IMG/VR virus record: IMGVR_UViG_3300030041_000009
Coordinates: 124,001 to 188,000 of that record
DNA: 64,000 nt
Direction: 5' to 3' (one strand)
Within the stretch, counting starts at the first letter, position 1, and each line of letters starts with the position of its first letter. The position numbers and the translations under genes are program-made. The notes beneath the pieces were generated by a model that made no database searches, was not told where the DNA came from, and saw nothing but the letters and a program-made list of their open reading frames with translations. Below are positions 28,246-38,676 of this stretch, piece after piece.

Positions 28246-28721
28246 AATTCAATTGAGTTTAATTCTCCAATTTTTAACATTCTAATTAATGATTTAGAAT
28301 CTTTAAATGAATATGTAGAATATTTTACATTTTTATTTATAAACATTTTATTCGAAGTAAAATAAGATATTCCTGAACAACTAACATGAATTTTAGTACC
28401 ACATTTTTTTTGTATTGAAAAAAATCCTTGTTCTTTAAAATAATTATCTTCTGGATTTGAAAATATACATTTTTTATATAATGTAAAATTCTCATTTTTG
28501 AATTTTTGTTGCCAAGATATATAAATTTCATCTTCTTGATTATTAAAATTTATAATATCTAATAATGATTTCATTTTTGAATCTGCCGTAATAATTAAAT
28601 CAAATCCATGTTCAGATTGATTAATCATTTTAAAGAAATCTTTGTCTTTTTGATTGATAGTTATAAATCTTTTCATTGTGATATATTTTAAATTTTGTGT
28701 AAAGATAATATATTTTTTCAA
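28242..28721 (-). CDS. Hypothetical protein (start uncertain)
   Basis: ORF track. Confidence 0.55.
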   Translation of the reverse strand: MKKYIIFTQNLKYITMKRFITINQKDKDFFKMINQSEHGFDLIITADSKMKSLLDIINFNNQEDEIYISWQQKFKNENFTLYKKCIFSNPEDNYFKEQGFFSIQKKCGTKIHVSCSGISYFTSNKMFINKNVKYSTYSFKDSKSLIRMLKIGELNSIEL

Positions 28722-28747
28722 ATATACAAAATAAAATGATTTTTTAT

Positions 28748-28933
28748 TTATATCGCTATAATTGGGGTTATTAATATTGCATATGATAATACTGTTAATA
28801 TAAGTATTGATATTATTATTATTCCAAATATTTCATATATTGGTGATTTATTACCATATTTTATGTTTAATGAAACTAAAGTCATCATTATTACTAAATA
28901 TAAAATATTTAATATAAATATAAATGTATCCAT
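28748..28933 (-). CDS. Small 2-TM membrane protein
   Basis: Hydrophobicity. Confidence 0.55.
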   Translation of the reverse strand: MDTFIFILNILYLVIMMTLVSLNIKYGNKSPIYEIFGIIIISILILTVLSYAILITPIIAI

Positions 28934-29073
28934 TATTATTAATTGTTTTTAATTCGTATATTATTTATAATTAAAAGTTTATATTTTGTTATAAATATTT
29001 ATTTTAAAAATAAAAATAATATAAGAAAACAAACACTCATAAATCTTATATATGAAAGAAAAAATAACGTTCA

Positions 29074-30258
29074 GTGGTTTCAAAATCTAGTGATTATATT
29101 TGGCAATTTGTTTCAAAGGACTTAAATTATTTAACTCAGCAAAAAAAATTAGAATATAAAGGTATAAATTTGAAATGTTCGTACCTTATTAATATAGTAC
29201 ATGAACTTATTATCAAATATTATTTCAGTAACAATACAGATTCTAAATTTAAATTATCATCAATAATATTAAAAAAACGATATGGAGAATATTATAATTA
29301 TTATATAAATTATTTATGTGAGCAAGGTTTCATGACTATGATATCTAATTATTGTGTAGGTAAAAAAACTAAGACATATAAATTGTGTATTGATTATACT
29401 TATGATGTATTAAGATGGAAAAATTACGATAATATGTTATTGAAAAAAATCAATAATAGGTATGAGACATCTATTACAGAGATGAGTTTTAGCTCTATCC
29501 AAGTAGATATTAGAGCAAGGTTAATAGAATCATTAAACAAGATAGATATTGATTATGAAGGAGCTTTAAAACTACTTGATTGTAGACGAAAAAGTGGTGA
29601 AATGTGTGAGCCTAAATATCAAAAAAATTTAATATCAATTGAAAATATAAATTCCAAAAGTATTTATTTTAATTTTGATGATTATGGTAGATTCCATACA
29701 AATTTTACAATTCTTAAAAAAGAAATTCGTAATCAATATTTAAGTATTAATAATGAGAATCTTTCAGAAATTGATATTAATAATTCTCAGCCATTATTTT
29801 TTGCTGTTCTATTAAAAAAAGAATTGTCATATATAAATGGTGATACTAAAAGATATTTTGAATTAGTAAAAGAAGGATTAATATATGAAGATATTATTAA
29901 AAATTCAAAATTAAAAGAAAGATATGAAGCTAAAGAACTTATTTATAAAGTTCTGTTCGGTAATAATTTAAAAACAAATAAGAAATTAAATAGAATATTT
30001 CAAAATTTGTATCCATCTGTTTATGAGTACATTTTAGAATTTAAAGATAAAAGAAATAATTATAAAGAATTATCACATGAACTTCAGAAAATGGAGAGTG
30101 ATTTTATATTTAATACTGTTATAAAAGAAATTTATGATACCTATCCAGATATAATATTATTTACTGTACATGATTCAATTGTATGTTCTAAATCTAATTA
30201 CGATAAAGTTAAAATCATATTTGATAAACATTTTAAAGAATTGATTAAAAATTTATAA
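29074..30258 (+). CDS. Stand-alone family A polymerase-fold protein
   Basis: GRFHT, EIDINNSQP (motif A), KELIYKVLFG (B), LQKMES, VHDS (C); no exonuclease domain. Confidence 0.7.
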   Translation: MVSKSSDYIWQFVSKDLNYLTQQKKLEYKGINLKCSYLINIVHELIIKYYFSNNTDSKFKLSSIILKKRYGEYYNYYINYLCEQGFMTMISNYCVGKKTKTYKLCIDYTYDVLRWKNYDNMLLKKINNRYETSITEMSFSSIQVDIRARLIESLNKIDIDYEGALKLLDCRRKSGEMCEPKYQKNLISIENINSKSIYFNFDDYGRFHTNFTILKKEIRNQYLSINNENLSEIDINNSQPLFFAVLLKKELSYINGDTKRYFELVKEGLIYEDIIKNSKLKERYEAKELIYKVLFGNNLKTNKKLNRIFQNLYPSVYEYILEFKDKRNNYKELSHELQKMESDFIFNTVIKEIYDTYPDIILFTVHDSIVCSKSNYDKVKIIFDKHFKELIKNL

Positions 30259-30324
30259 TTACTATTCAAAAAATGAATAGTTTTTTATTATTCAGTGTTT
30301 CATAAATATTTTAAATATTTCATA

Positions 30325-30702
30325 TTATACGTTAAATTTGCTTGCTGTATTTTTTAATTCCCAATCTTTTATCCAGTCATTAAGTTCAACTTTTTCATTC
30401 AATTCACAATAAATTAAATATACTCTCATTCTATGATTTTTACTACAAAAAATTTCATATAAATCATTAAGATTATCAGCAGTACTAAATTCTATTAATA
30501 TCTTGCTACAATATTCTGAATTATATTTTTCAGCATATTCATCATAAATTAAATTTTTAAGATAAATAAATCCTTGATATTCATTATCACAAAGATAAAC
30601 ATCTGGATTATTGTCATCTTCATCAATATAACTTATAATTGTGCAATAATTATTCCATTTTTCTTTGCTTGCTTCTTCAAATATTTTAGTATATTTTTCC
30701 AT
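30325..30702 (-). CDS. Dual-tag family protein
   Basis: MEKYTKIFE ... SKFNV. Confidence 0.7.
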   Translation of the reverse strand: MEKYTKIFEEASKEKWNNYCTIISYIDEDDNNPDVYLCDNEYQGFIYLKNLIYDEYAEKYNSEYCSKILIEFSTADNLNDLYEIFCSKNHRMRVYLIYCELNEKVELNDWIKDWELKNTASKFNV

Positions 30703-30704
30703 AT

Positions 30705-31157
30705 TTATATGTTAAATTTTGAAGCATTTTTTCTCATATCAATTGCATCTTTATAAACTTTTTTACCATATTCATCAGCTCCGTAACTTTTATTTTTATT
30801 TATCATTTTTAATAGCCAAGGCTTCATATCACCGTCAGATTTACCTTCAATATCCGTTCTCATTTCTTTTGGTAACCATATATGATATATTTTACTATCA
30901 ATTTGAAATTTTTCTCTCATTTCTAATCCATGAATTGAAAATAATCCATGATAATCAGGAGTAATTCTAATCATATTTTCGATTTCTAATTCTTTTTTAT
31001 ATAATCCTCCTTTAGTTTCTTTAAATGTATCTTTTGCAAGAAAAATATAAAAATCATTGTCTTCACTTTTTGGATTTCTACTCATCAAATCTGCTAATAA
31101 ATCAACTTTTTCTTGTTCTTTTTCTGTTAATGACTCAAATGCTTTAACGTGTTTCAT
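30705..31157 (-). CDS. Dual-tag family protein
   Basis: MKHVKAFE ... SKFNI. Confidence 0.75.
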   Translation of the reverse strand: MKHVKAFESLTEKEQEKVDLLADLMSRNPKSEDNDFYIFLAKDTFKETKGGLYKKELEIENMIRITPDYHGLFSIHGLEMREKFQIDSKIYHIWLPKEMRTDIEGKSDGDMKPWLLKMINKNKSYGADEYGKKVYKDAIDMRKNASKFNI

Positions 31158-31171
31158 ATTTTTATTTATTT

Positions 31172-31702
31172 TTATATGTTAAATTTTTTTGCTGTAATAA
31201 ATCGTATAACATTTTCATCATCAATAGTATCAATAATTTCTTTTCTAAATTCTTTTGTTGAAATATCCAAGAAATCTTGACCTTTATCATTAGTTAAATA
31301 TATATTAGAACCTAATTTAATTAATGTTTCAACTGCTAATATTTTATTATTCATAGAAGCTAACATTAACGCTGTTAATCCTTTATAATTTTCATTTATA
31401 TATTCTTCATCTCCAAATTCTATTAATGTTTCAATTATATCAATTTTTCCAATATAAGATGCAATCATTAATAATGTCCAATTTGCATTATCGATATCTG
31501 GAATTATATCTAATGTACGTTTAATATCATAAGATACTCCAAAAATTATACCATTAAGTTTATAAATTCTATCATTTATATTTATCTTGTTTTTATCTAA
31601 TAGCTTCTTCATTTTTAATGAATTATCTTCAATAATAATATCAAGTACATCGTTTCGACGTTTTCCTTCTATTATATTTTCAAAGGTTTTTACGTATTTC
31701 AT
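31172..31702 (-). CDS. Ankyrin-repeat protein, dual-tag family
   Basis: TLLMIAS, GLTALMLAS..LIKLGS; MKYVKTFE ... KKFNI. Confidence 0.8.
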   Translation of the reverse strand: MKYVKTFENIIEGKRRNDVLDIIIEDNSLKMKKLLDKNKININDRIYKLNGIIFGVSYDIKRTLDIIPDIDNANWTLLMIASYIGKIDIIETLIEFGDEEYINENYKGLTALMLASMNNKILAVETLIKLGSNIYLTNDKGQDFLDISTKEFRKEIIDTIDDENVIRFITAKKFNI

Positions 31703-32043
31703 AAATTAAATTTATTTGCTTGTAATTTTAATTCTAATTCTTCAATTGTTTTACCATGTTCAACTATTCTATTATATCTAACATTTTTTATTATTTTACC
31801 ATTTTCTTCTATAAACCATATCTTACGTATACGTTCTGGAACATTATTATATTCTATTGTTATATTATTATATAACTTATTAGGACTAAATATTTCTATA
31901 ACTTTACCAATATTATTATTTATAAATTTCATAAATTCTTTTGAACCAACAACTGTAGAATTATAATTAATATTTATTAAAACATAATCTCCTACTTTTA
32001 TATCATCATTACTAATATTTTCAAATTCTTTAATATATTTCAT
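31699..32043 (-). CDS. Dual-tag family, VGDYV subfamily
   Basis: MKYIKEFE ... LQANKFNL. Confidence 0.75.
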   Translation of the reverse strand: MKYIKEFENISNDDIKVGDYVLININYNSTVVGSKEFMKFINNNIGKVIEIFSPNKLYNNITIEYNNVPERIRKIWFIEENGKIIKNVRYNRIVEHGKTIEELELKLQANKFNL

Positions 32044-32044
32044 T

Positions 32045-32905
32045 TTATAGTTTCATCAGTTTTTTACAGTAAAGATAATATAAAAAAGCGGTAAATACCT
32101 TATCTCTGGTATAATTTTCTATCATAATAGGAATATTTAAATATTCTTTATATTTATCTGACATTTCATCTTCAAATGTGACAATATATTCATCAAAAAT
32201 TGTCAGGCTGTTATTCATAATTATCTCATTATAAAGTTTATATGGATCTTTATCTTTTGATTTTTGTTTAAATTCATCTACATTTTTTGCTCTTTCTACA
32301 TTTAGAAATAAAATTTCACGAATTTCTTTATCACTTATATTAAATTGCACATTTTTTAAATGATTTACAATAATATCTGATACTATATTAGCTTTTTTAC
32401 CGTACATATTTTTAACAATTCTTGTAAAGTTTTCAGCAAAATCTCTTTTGAATTGATTTGTAACCTCATCAAATTCAACTTCAGATTTTTTTAATTTTCG
32501 TTCAGATGAATATTCAGGTAACCAACCTCCTGATACTATAACATATGATTTACATCCTCTTTTAATTTTACTTAAAATATCAGATATTGTTGTTTTTACT
32601 CTATCTACTTTTCCCCAATCTTCATTTCCAAAATCATCTTTTTCAATTAACTTAAATGTTTCTATATAATATTCTGATTCATAAGAGAATGAAACAAATA
32701 TATTATTTTTACAAATTGAAACTATTAGATTATTAGTAGGTTCTGTTAAATATTTTATAATATCTTTTTTTACTTTTAATAATTTCCATTCTGCATCACT
32801 TGATATTTCATAATTTTTCTGCATACTTTTCATAACAGAATATGGCACTCCTATATTAATAAGGGATGTTTTTTCAAAAATTTTATATGTTTTTATATGT
32901 ATCAT
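32045..32905 (-). CDS. Hypothetical protein with N-terminal tag MIHIKTYKIFE
   Basis: ORF track. Confidence 0.7.
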   Translation of the reverse strand: MIHIKTYKIFEKTSLINIGVPYSVMKSMQKNYEISSDAEWKLLKVKKDIIKYLTEPTNNLIVSICKNNIFVSFSYESEYYIETFKLIEKDDFGNEDWGKVDRVKTTISDILSKIKRGCKSYVIVSGGWLPEYSSERKLKKSEVEFDEVTNQFKRDFAENFTRIVKNMYGKKANIVSDIIVNHLKNVQFNISDKEIREILFLNVERAKNVDEFKQKSKDKDPYKLYNEIIMNNSLTIFDEYIVTFEDEMSDKYKEYLNIPIMIENYTRDKVFTAFLYYLYCKKLMKL

Positions 32906-33171
32906 ATGTTAAATTTATTTGCTGATTGTTCTAATTCATATTGTATTTTTTCTTCTGGCGTTGCTAATCTAAATCTATTATCATTCCAATCATAATTAAT
33001 ATTATAAAAATTGTATTGTGTAACACCACTCCTATATGTTATAATATTTTCAATTTTGTAAAATTTGCCATATTCTAATAACTCTTCAGTATCTGAATGA
33101 TCTATACATTTAACCACATCTCCTATTTTTATTTGTTCATTATTTTCAAATAATTTGAAATTAGTTATCAT
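32902..33171 (-). CDS. Dual-tag family protein
   Basis: MITNFKLFE ... NKFNI. Confidence 0.75.
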   Translation of the reverse strand: MITNFKLFENNEQIKIGDVVKCIDHSDTEELLEYGKFYKIENIITYRSGVTQYNFYNINYDWNDNRFRLATPEEKIQYELEQSANKFNI

Positions 33172-33284
33172 AAAATATCATTTTTTTATAATTATATATA
33201 TAAAAAAAGAAAATAAAAATATTTATAAAAAAATCAGTTTTTTTATTTAATATATAATAGAAATTAAAAAATAAATTAAAAAAT

Positions 33285-33638
33285 ATGAAACAAACAAAAA
33301 TTATAGACGGAGCATTTTATAGCTATCAACCAACTGGTAATACAGCTCCTTACGGTGAAGGATATTCATTTCACGTAGACGATTCAGCAATTTTATCTTA
33401 TCCAGGATTTACAATTACTGGAATTAGAACAATTACAGATAATTTTATTACAGGTACTACAATTCCTGTTGATAACGATGTTTATGTTGATTATACTTAT
33501 TTATCTGGCGTTACTGTTGTATCAGGAACAATTAGTATTTATGCATATCCAACTACAACTACAACTACAACTAATGCTCCTACAACTACAACAACTACAA
33601 CTCATGCTCCTACAACTACAACAACTACAACAGCATAA
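33285..33638 (+). CDS. Small putative virion protein with Thr-rich PTTTTTTT tail
   Basis: Three ACT/ACA-rich repeats. Confidence 0.65.
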   Translation: MKQTKIIDGAFYSYQPTGNTAPYGEGYSFHVDDSAILSYPGFTITGIRTITDNFITGTTIPVDNDVYVDYTYLSGVTVVSGTISIYAYPTTTTTTTNAPTTTTTTTHAPTTTTTTTA

Positions 33639-33714
33639 TTATTTAATAATTAAGCAAAAAAAAATAAGTTACTATTTATAGTAACTTATTTTTTTAATTT
33701 ATATGTGAGTTTAA

Positions 33715-34689
33715 TTATTCTTCTGATGAATCAATATCAAAAAAATTGTTAGCGTCATCATCGTCATCTCCAAATGCTTCATCATTAATTTTACTAGATT
33801 TTGATTCTTTTGTTGATACATTATCATTAGATGAATTTTCAGCTTCTTTTTTAGCAAAAGATGTTTCATTACCTGAAATAATATCAAGTATTTGAGTTAC
33901 TTTAAATCTATCTTCAGAAGTCCATTCTTTTGGTTGATGATCTTCAAGATCAATTGTACGTTCCTTTAAAAACGTCATTACTTTTTCTTTAACTTTAGGA
34001 TTAGTAATTTTATTTTTTCCTGTTTTTTCATCAACTTCAATTGGAACTTTAACCAAACCTTTTGGAGTCATAATTTTAATAGGAGATACTTCTAAAAAAG
34101 TACTAGAATCATAATTAGGAAATTCTCCTAATTGCTTCATAACCAATTTGAAGTCTTTACCATTTGCCAAATCAAAAACATTACAAGCATCTGATGATAT
34201 ACCATCTTTTTGATCTTTAATTTTTTCTTTGATTTTGTAACCATAAGGATAAATTAAAATTTTGCCTTCTAAATCACGATTTTGTTCATCTTCAATTACT
34301 AAAATATAAGAATAATATTTAGTACTTCTACTAATCAAATCTGCTTTTTCAACATCTGATGCGTTTTTTGAGTTCTTCAACTTCCAGTACATAGTACAAA
34401 TATCACATTTATCTGTGAAATTTTTCATACAATCATAGTAACCTTGAAGTTCTGGATGATTTTTAAAATCAACATAATGCTGATGTTTTTCAATTGCTGA
34501 TAATGATACTTTACCATCTTTTGTAAGATTTGGTAAAAATCTAATAGTAGAAACATAACCTTTCTTTTTGTCTGTAATTTTAGGACGATAAATACCATCT
34601 AAACTACCACCTTTTTTTTCTAGAAAATCTAGAGTTTCGCTTTGTGCGTCAATTGCGTCGAATAAATCGACATTTTCAAATTCTTTCAT
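33715..34689 (-). CDS. Single-stranded DNA-binding protein, T4 gp32-like
   Basis: IRFLP, H/C-x-C-x2-C Zn ligands, FDLANGKDF, NYDSSTF, acidic C-terminal tail. Confidence 0.85.
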   Translation of the reverse strand: MKEFENVDLFDAIDAQSETLDFLEKKGGSLDGIYRPKITDKKKGYVSTIRFLPNLTKDGKVSLSAIEKHQHYVDFKNHPELQGYYDCMKNFTDKCDICTMYWKLKNSKNASDVEKADLISRSTKYYSYILVIEDEQNRDLEGKILIYPYGYKIKEKIKDQKDGISSDACNVFDLANGKDFKLVMKQLGEFPNYDSSTFLEVSPIKIMTPKGLVKVPIEVDEKTGKNKITNPKVKEKVMTFLKERTIDLEDHQPKEWTSEDRFKVTQILDIISGNETSFAKKEAENSSNDNVSTKESKSSKINDEAFGDDDDDANNFFDIDSSEE

Positions 34690-34810
34690 GCCTTTAATTT
34701 TTTTTTATAGCCTTTTAGCTTTAAATGTTTCAATTTTTTTAATTCCTGCAACATTTATAATTTATATATGAGAATATATAAAAAGTTTTATTTAATTTCA
34801 AAAAATATAA

Positions 34811-35167
34811 TTATTCTGATAAAATATTCATATTAACATCTTTTTTATAAATATCTTCATATTTATATCCAAGTGTATCTAGTTTATTAGATAACATATT
34901 TTTTAAATTGTATAAATTAAATACCCAAAAGTTTGAATAAAAAGAATCATATTCATCAAAATTAAATATATCTACATTTTCAATTTCTTTTAATGTTTGA
35001 TTTAAAAATTCGATACAAAACTCGTCATATGAATATTGATATTTAATACCATTATCAGATAATTCTTTATTAATAATATTGACAGTATTTTTATAAGAGT
35101 TATGTTCTTCAACAAATGAGTTTATTAACGCTTCTTTTATAACTTTTTTTCTTTCATTTATTCTCAT
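34811..35167 (-). CDS. Hypothetical protein
   Basis: ORF track. Confidence 0.6.
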   Translation of the reverse strand: MRINERKKVIKEALINSFVEEHNSYKNTVNIINKELSDNGIKYQYSYDEFCIEFLNQTLKEIENVDIFNFDEYDSFYSNFWVFNLYNLKNMLSNKLDTLGYKYEDIYKKDVNMNILSE

Positions 35168-35241
35168 ATTAGTATATATAAATATTTTTATTTATAAGTT
35201 ATATTTTTTTATATATAATAATGAAAAAATTAATAAATTAA

Positions 35242-37107
35242 ATGAACGTAACTCAAGGGGGTTTTAAAAATACTAATATCTATGGAATGACATTTATAGA
35301 TAAATATGCAGGAATAAAAACTATTATTACAAGTGAAGGATATAATTCACAATTTTTAAGTAATATTAATACAAATACATCTCAAACATCTACTATAATA
35401 TCAGATGATACTACATATTATAATATAGTTGAAAGTTGTACATTAACAAATTGTAATATTGAAACTGGTAGATTTATTAATTGTAATATAAATGGTAATA
35501 CTAATAAATCTAATTATATAAAAAATGGATATTTTAGTGGTTGTACATTTTTAAATTATACTATAGATGATGGTAAGTTTATTGATTGTATTTTAGATGA
35601 TACTAATTATTTTAATAATGGATTTTGGAATAATATAAATTCAGATATTAAATGGACTCAACCATGGACTAGTGGAATTTGGAATAGTGGAGTATTTGAT
35701 AATCCATATGGATGGTATGGTGGTACATTTAATGGAGGAACATTTCAAAATACTTTTTGGTCTGGTGGAACAGCTAATGGAGGAACATTTAACGGTATTA
35801 TATGGAGTGATGGTTTAGTTCGTTATGCTGATTTTATTGATTGTACATTTGAAGATGGAGTTTTTAATGATGGTACATTTACTGATGGTTCATTTAATGG
35901 AGGATATTTTAATGGTGGCGCTATGACGAATTCAAATATTTCTGGTGATACTACAAATGTAGTCATTAATAATGGTACAATTTTTAATTGTAATATTGAT
36001 GGAAATGTAGATATTAATGGCGGATATATTGAAAATGATTCAGATACTTATACTATATATAATGCAAATATATATAATGCAAATATATCAAATTTAAATA
36101 TTATTGGAGGTAGTTTTTATAATGGTAAATATAATAATGTAAATTTTTATGGTGGAGATATATATAATGGATTTTATGTTAATATAAAATCTTTAAGTTT
36201 TAATATGCTAAGTGAAGATGGTAATATATTAATTATGGAAGATAATAATATTGAAACGATGGAAAGTATGAATAATTCATTAGGATTAAAAATTCATAAT
36301 GGAATTTTTAAAAATAGTAATTTTACATATGCAAATATTAAAAATGGTAATTTTACTAATTGTTATTCAAATAATTGTATTTTTGATTATAGTGTATATA
36401 GTGATGGTAATATGCTTGATTGCGTTTGGAATGACGGTTATTGGAATGATGGAACATTTATATCAACTTTAATAAATTCTGGTATATCTAATTCATTATC
36501 TATATCTGTAATATATCCTATAACTGGAACAACCACAACTACTACAACTTATACTACAACTACTACAACTTATATTCCAATTACAACAACTACAACTACT
36601 ACATCAGAAGGATTTAATATAACTGGAATTTATTATAATTCATTAGAAAATAATCTTAATATTTATTTTAATGGATGTCCATCTGGAGCAAATAATATCA
36701 TAATTTATGAATATTCTACAGGTTCAACATCTGATAAGCAATTAGCTGGAAATACTATCTCTCCAAGACAATTTAGTTTGGTTGGAGTTCCTAGTACAGG
36801 ATTAACATTTATATTATTAGCAACAGGTATAGGTAGTATGATTCCTGTATATTCGAATTCATACTTTTATGATAATTCTTCATATATTCCTCCAACTACA
36901 ACAACTACAACCACAGTAATTCAAATGATACAATATATTGTCACCAATAATAGTCCAAATAATACTTATGTATATTGGACAAATTATACACATCAAACTC
37001 AAAGTCAATTTTTAGAGAAACTAGGTACATTAACACTTTGCTCTTATACATATCCAACAGGTAATTATATAACAATTGTAGTCGATGGATATTGTGGAAT
37101 AGTTTAA
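35242..37107 (+). CDS. Putative structural protein with 5-residue (GxFxx) beta-helix repeats and Thr-rich linkers
   Basis: GTFNG/GYWND repeats; poly-Thr tracts. Confidence 0.7.
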   Translation: MNVTQGGFKNTNIYGMTFIDKYAGIKTIITSEGYNSQFLSNINTNTSQTSTIISDDTTYYNIVESCTLTNCNIETGRFINCNINGNTNKSNYIKNGYFSGCTFLNYTIDDGKFIDCILDDTNYFNNGFWNNINSDIKWTQPWTSGIWNSGVFDNPYGWYGGTFNGGTFQNTFWSGGTANGGTFNGIIWSDGLVRYADFIDCTFEDGVFNDGTFTDGSFNGGYFNGGAMTNSNISGDTTNVVINNGTIFNCNIDGNVDINGGYIENDSDTYTIYNANIYNANISNLNIIGGSFYNGKYNNVNFYGGDIYNGFYVNIKSLSFNMLSEDGNILIMEDNNIETMESMNNSLGLKIHNGIFKNSNFTYANIKNGNFTNCYSNNCIFDYSVYSDGNMLDCVWNDGYWNDGTFISTLINSGISNSLSISVIYPITGTTTTTTTYTTTTTTYIPITTTTTTTSEGFNITGIYYNSLENNLNIYFNGCPSGANNIIIYEYSTGSTSDKQLAGNTISPRQFSLVGVPSTGLTFILLATGIGSMIPVYSNSYFYDNSSYIPPTTTTTTTVIQMIQYIVTNNSPNNTYVYWTNYTHQTQSQFLEKLGTLTLCSYTYPTGNYITIVVDGYCGIV

Positions 37108-37145
37108 TGTTGATATAATAAAAATAAAAATAAAAATAAAAATAA

Positions 37146-37508
37146 ATGTCAGAAATAATAATAGATAGATTACCATCAGGTAATATTGATATTGGTCAAC
37201 CAGTAACATTTTTTATAGTTAGTGGATATACTGCATATTCAACTTATCAATGGTATTTAGTATCAGGTAGTACAACGACTTTAATAAGTACTAATAGTGG
37301 ATGTACTGTAATATTTAGTGATATCGGAGATTTTTCAATATCATTAGATGTATCTAATTATCCTGAATCTTGGACTGGCGGTAATTTTTATGGTGGAACA
37401 TTTGAAGGATTTTTTGGAGGAGGAACATTTAATTATGGTACATTAAATGGCTATGATATCAATCAAATAAATATAAATAAAAAAACTTTTATTGAAAAAC
37501 TCATTTAA
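37146..37508 (+). CDS. Small Ig/PKD-like putative structural protein
   Basis: YQWY..GDFSISLDVSN; GTF repeats. Confidence 0.55.
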   Translation: MSEIIIDRLPSGNIDIGQPVTFFIVSGYTAYSTYQWYLVSGSTTTLISTNSGCTVIFSDIGDFSISLDVSNYPESWTGGNFYGGTFEGFFGGGTFNYGTLNGYDINQININKKTFIEKLI

Positions 37509-37553
37509 ATTAAACTTATCTGTTTTTTAATAATAAAAAAATAAAAAATAAAT

Positions 37554-38360
37554 ATGGAAAATTTTTTAACTTTTATAAAAAAATATTACCCTTTGTTATT
37601 TTTTGTTGTTATCATTTTGTTATCAATATTTCTTTTTAAGACTTGCTCAAATCTTAAAAATGAAAAAGCAAACGCAGAATTTCAACAAAAATTATATACT
37701 CAAAATGTTAAAGCAATGACTGATAGTATTACAAAAGTATTTAATACTAAATTAAATGCTTATGAATTTACTAAAGATAATTTAGTTTTAAATAAATTAT
37801 CTGATTTAGAACAATATAATAAATCATTATCAAATGAATTAAAAAATGTTAAAGGAGATGTTTTATCTGCAATACAAACTAATGTTGAAGGTAATCTTGG
37901 TGGTATACAAGGATCTAACAATTTAGCTGTTTTAGATAGTACAACAAATCATTATGGATTGAAGTTTTCAACTAATTATGTTGATAGTGGATTTCAGCAA
38001 AAAATTGTTGGTATGAGCAAATTTTATGCTATTCCAAATGAAGATACCAAGAAATGGACATTAAAACCTGATGTTACTGTTCTTGATACTAATTTAACTA
38101 GTATTAGTGTAACTTATGGATTTAAAGATTTGAAAAATAAATATCAAGTATTTGCAATATCTAAATCTCCAAATATTAAAATAACTGATTTAACTGGAGG
38201 ATATTTTATTGATAAACAAATTCAAGCTCCAATTAAAGCAAAAAAATGGGGATTTGGTCCTTATGTAGGATTTGGATTGAATACTTTACCTAATTTAGGT
38301 AATCCACAATTTGGATGGAGTATAGGATTTGGTATACAATATAGTATATTTCAATGGTAA
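37554..38360 (+). CDS. Membrane-anchored protein, possible spanin-like lysis accessory
   Basis: N-terminal TM, coiled coil, C-terminal amphipathic beta-hairpin KKWGFGPYVGFG..IQYSIFQW. Confidence 0.5.
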   Translation: MENFLTFIKKYYPLLFFVVIILLSIFLFKTCSNLKNEKANAEFQQKLYTQNVKAMTDSITKVFNTKLNAYEFTKDNLVLNKLSDLEQYNKSLSNELKNVKGDVLSAIQTNVEGNLGGIQGSNNLAVLDSTTNHYGLKFSTNYVDSGFQQKIVGMSKFYAIPNEDTKKWTLKPDVTVLDTNLTSISVTYGFKDLKNKYQVFAISKSPNIKITDLTGGYFIDKQIQAPIKAKKWGFGPYVGFGLNTLPNLGNPQFGWSIGFGIQYSIFQW

Positions 38361-38662
38361 CTAATGATTTGTGTAGTACTATATGGAGAGATATTAAAGA
38401 TTTTGTAAATTCACATGAAAAATTCACAAGAAAAGATTTATATAAAAATGGTTTTTATACTACTGGAGAAAATTATATATTACTAATGAAACATGTTGGA
38501 TTTATAAATAAAGTTGGTATTGCGAAATATGAAAGAATAATTAAAATACCTGAATCATTATCATCAACTAAATTATATAATTTAGTTAAAAATAAATCAG
38601 AAGGATTAAAATATATGAGAAAATATAAGTTAGAAAATATAAAAAATCTTTACAAATTGTAA
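38354..38662 (+). CDS. Hypothetical protein with RKxKL tag
   Basis: MRKYKLENI near C-terminus. Confidence 0.6.
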   Translation: MVTNDLCSTIWRDIKDFVNSHEKFTRKDLYKNGFYTTGENYILLMKHVGFINKVGIAKYERIIKIPESLSSTKLYNLVKNKSEGLKYMRKYKLENIKNLYKL

Positions 38663-38676
38663 AGATTTTTTTTGAA

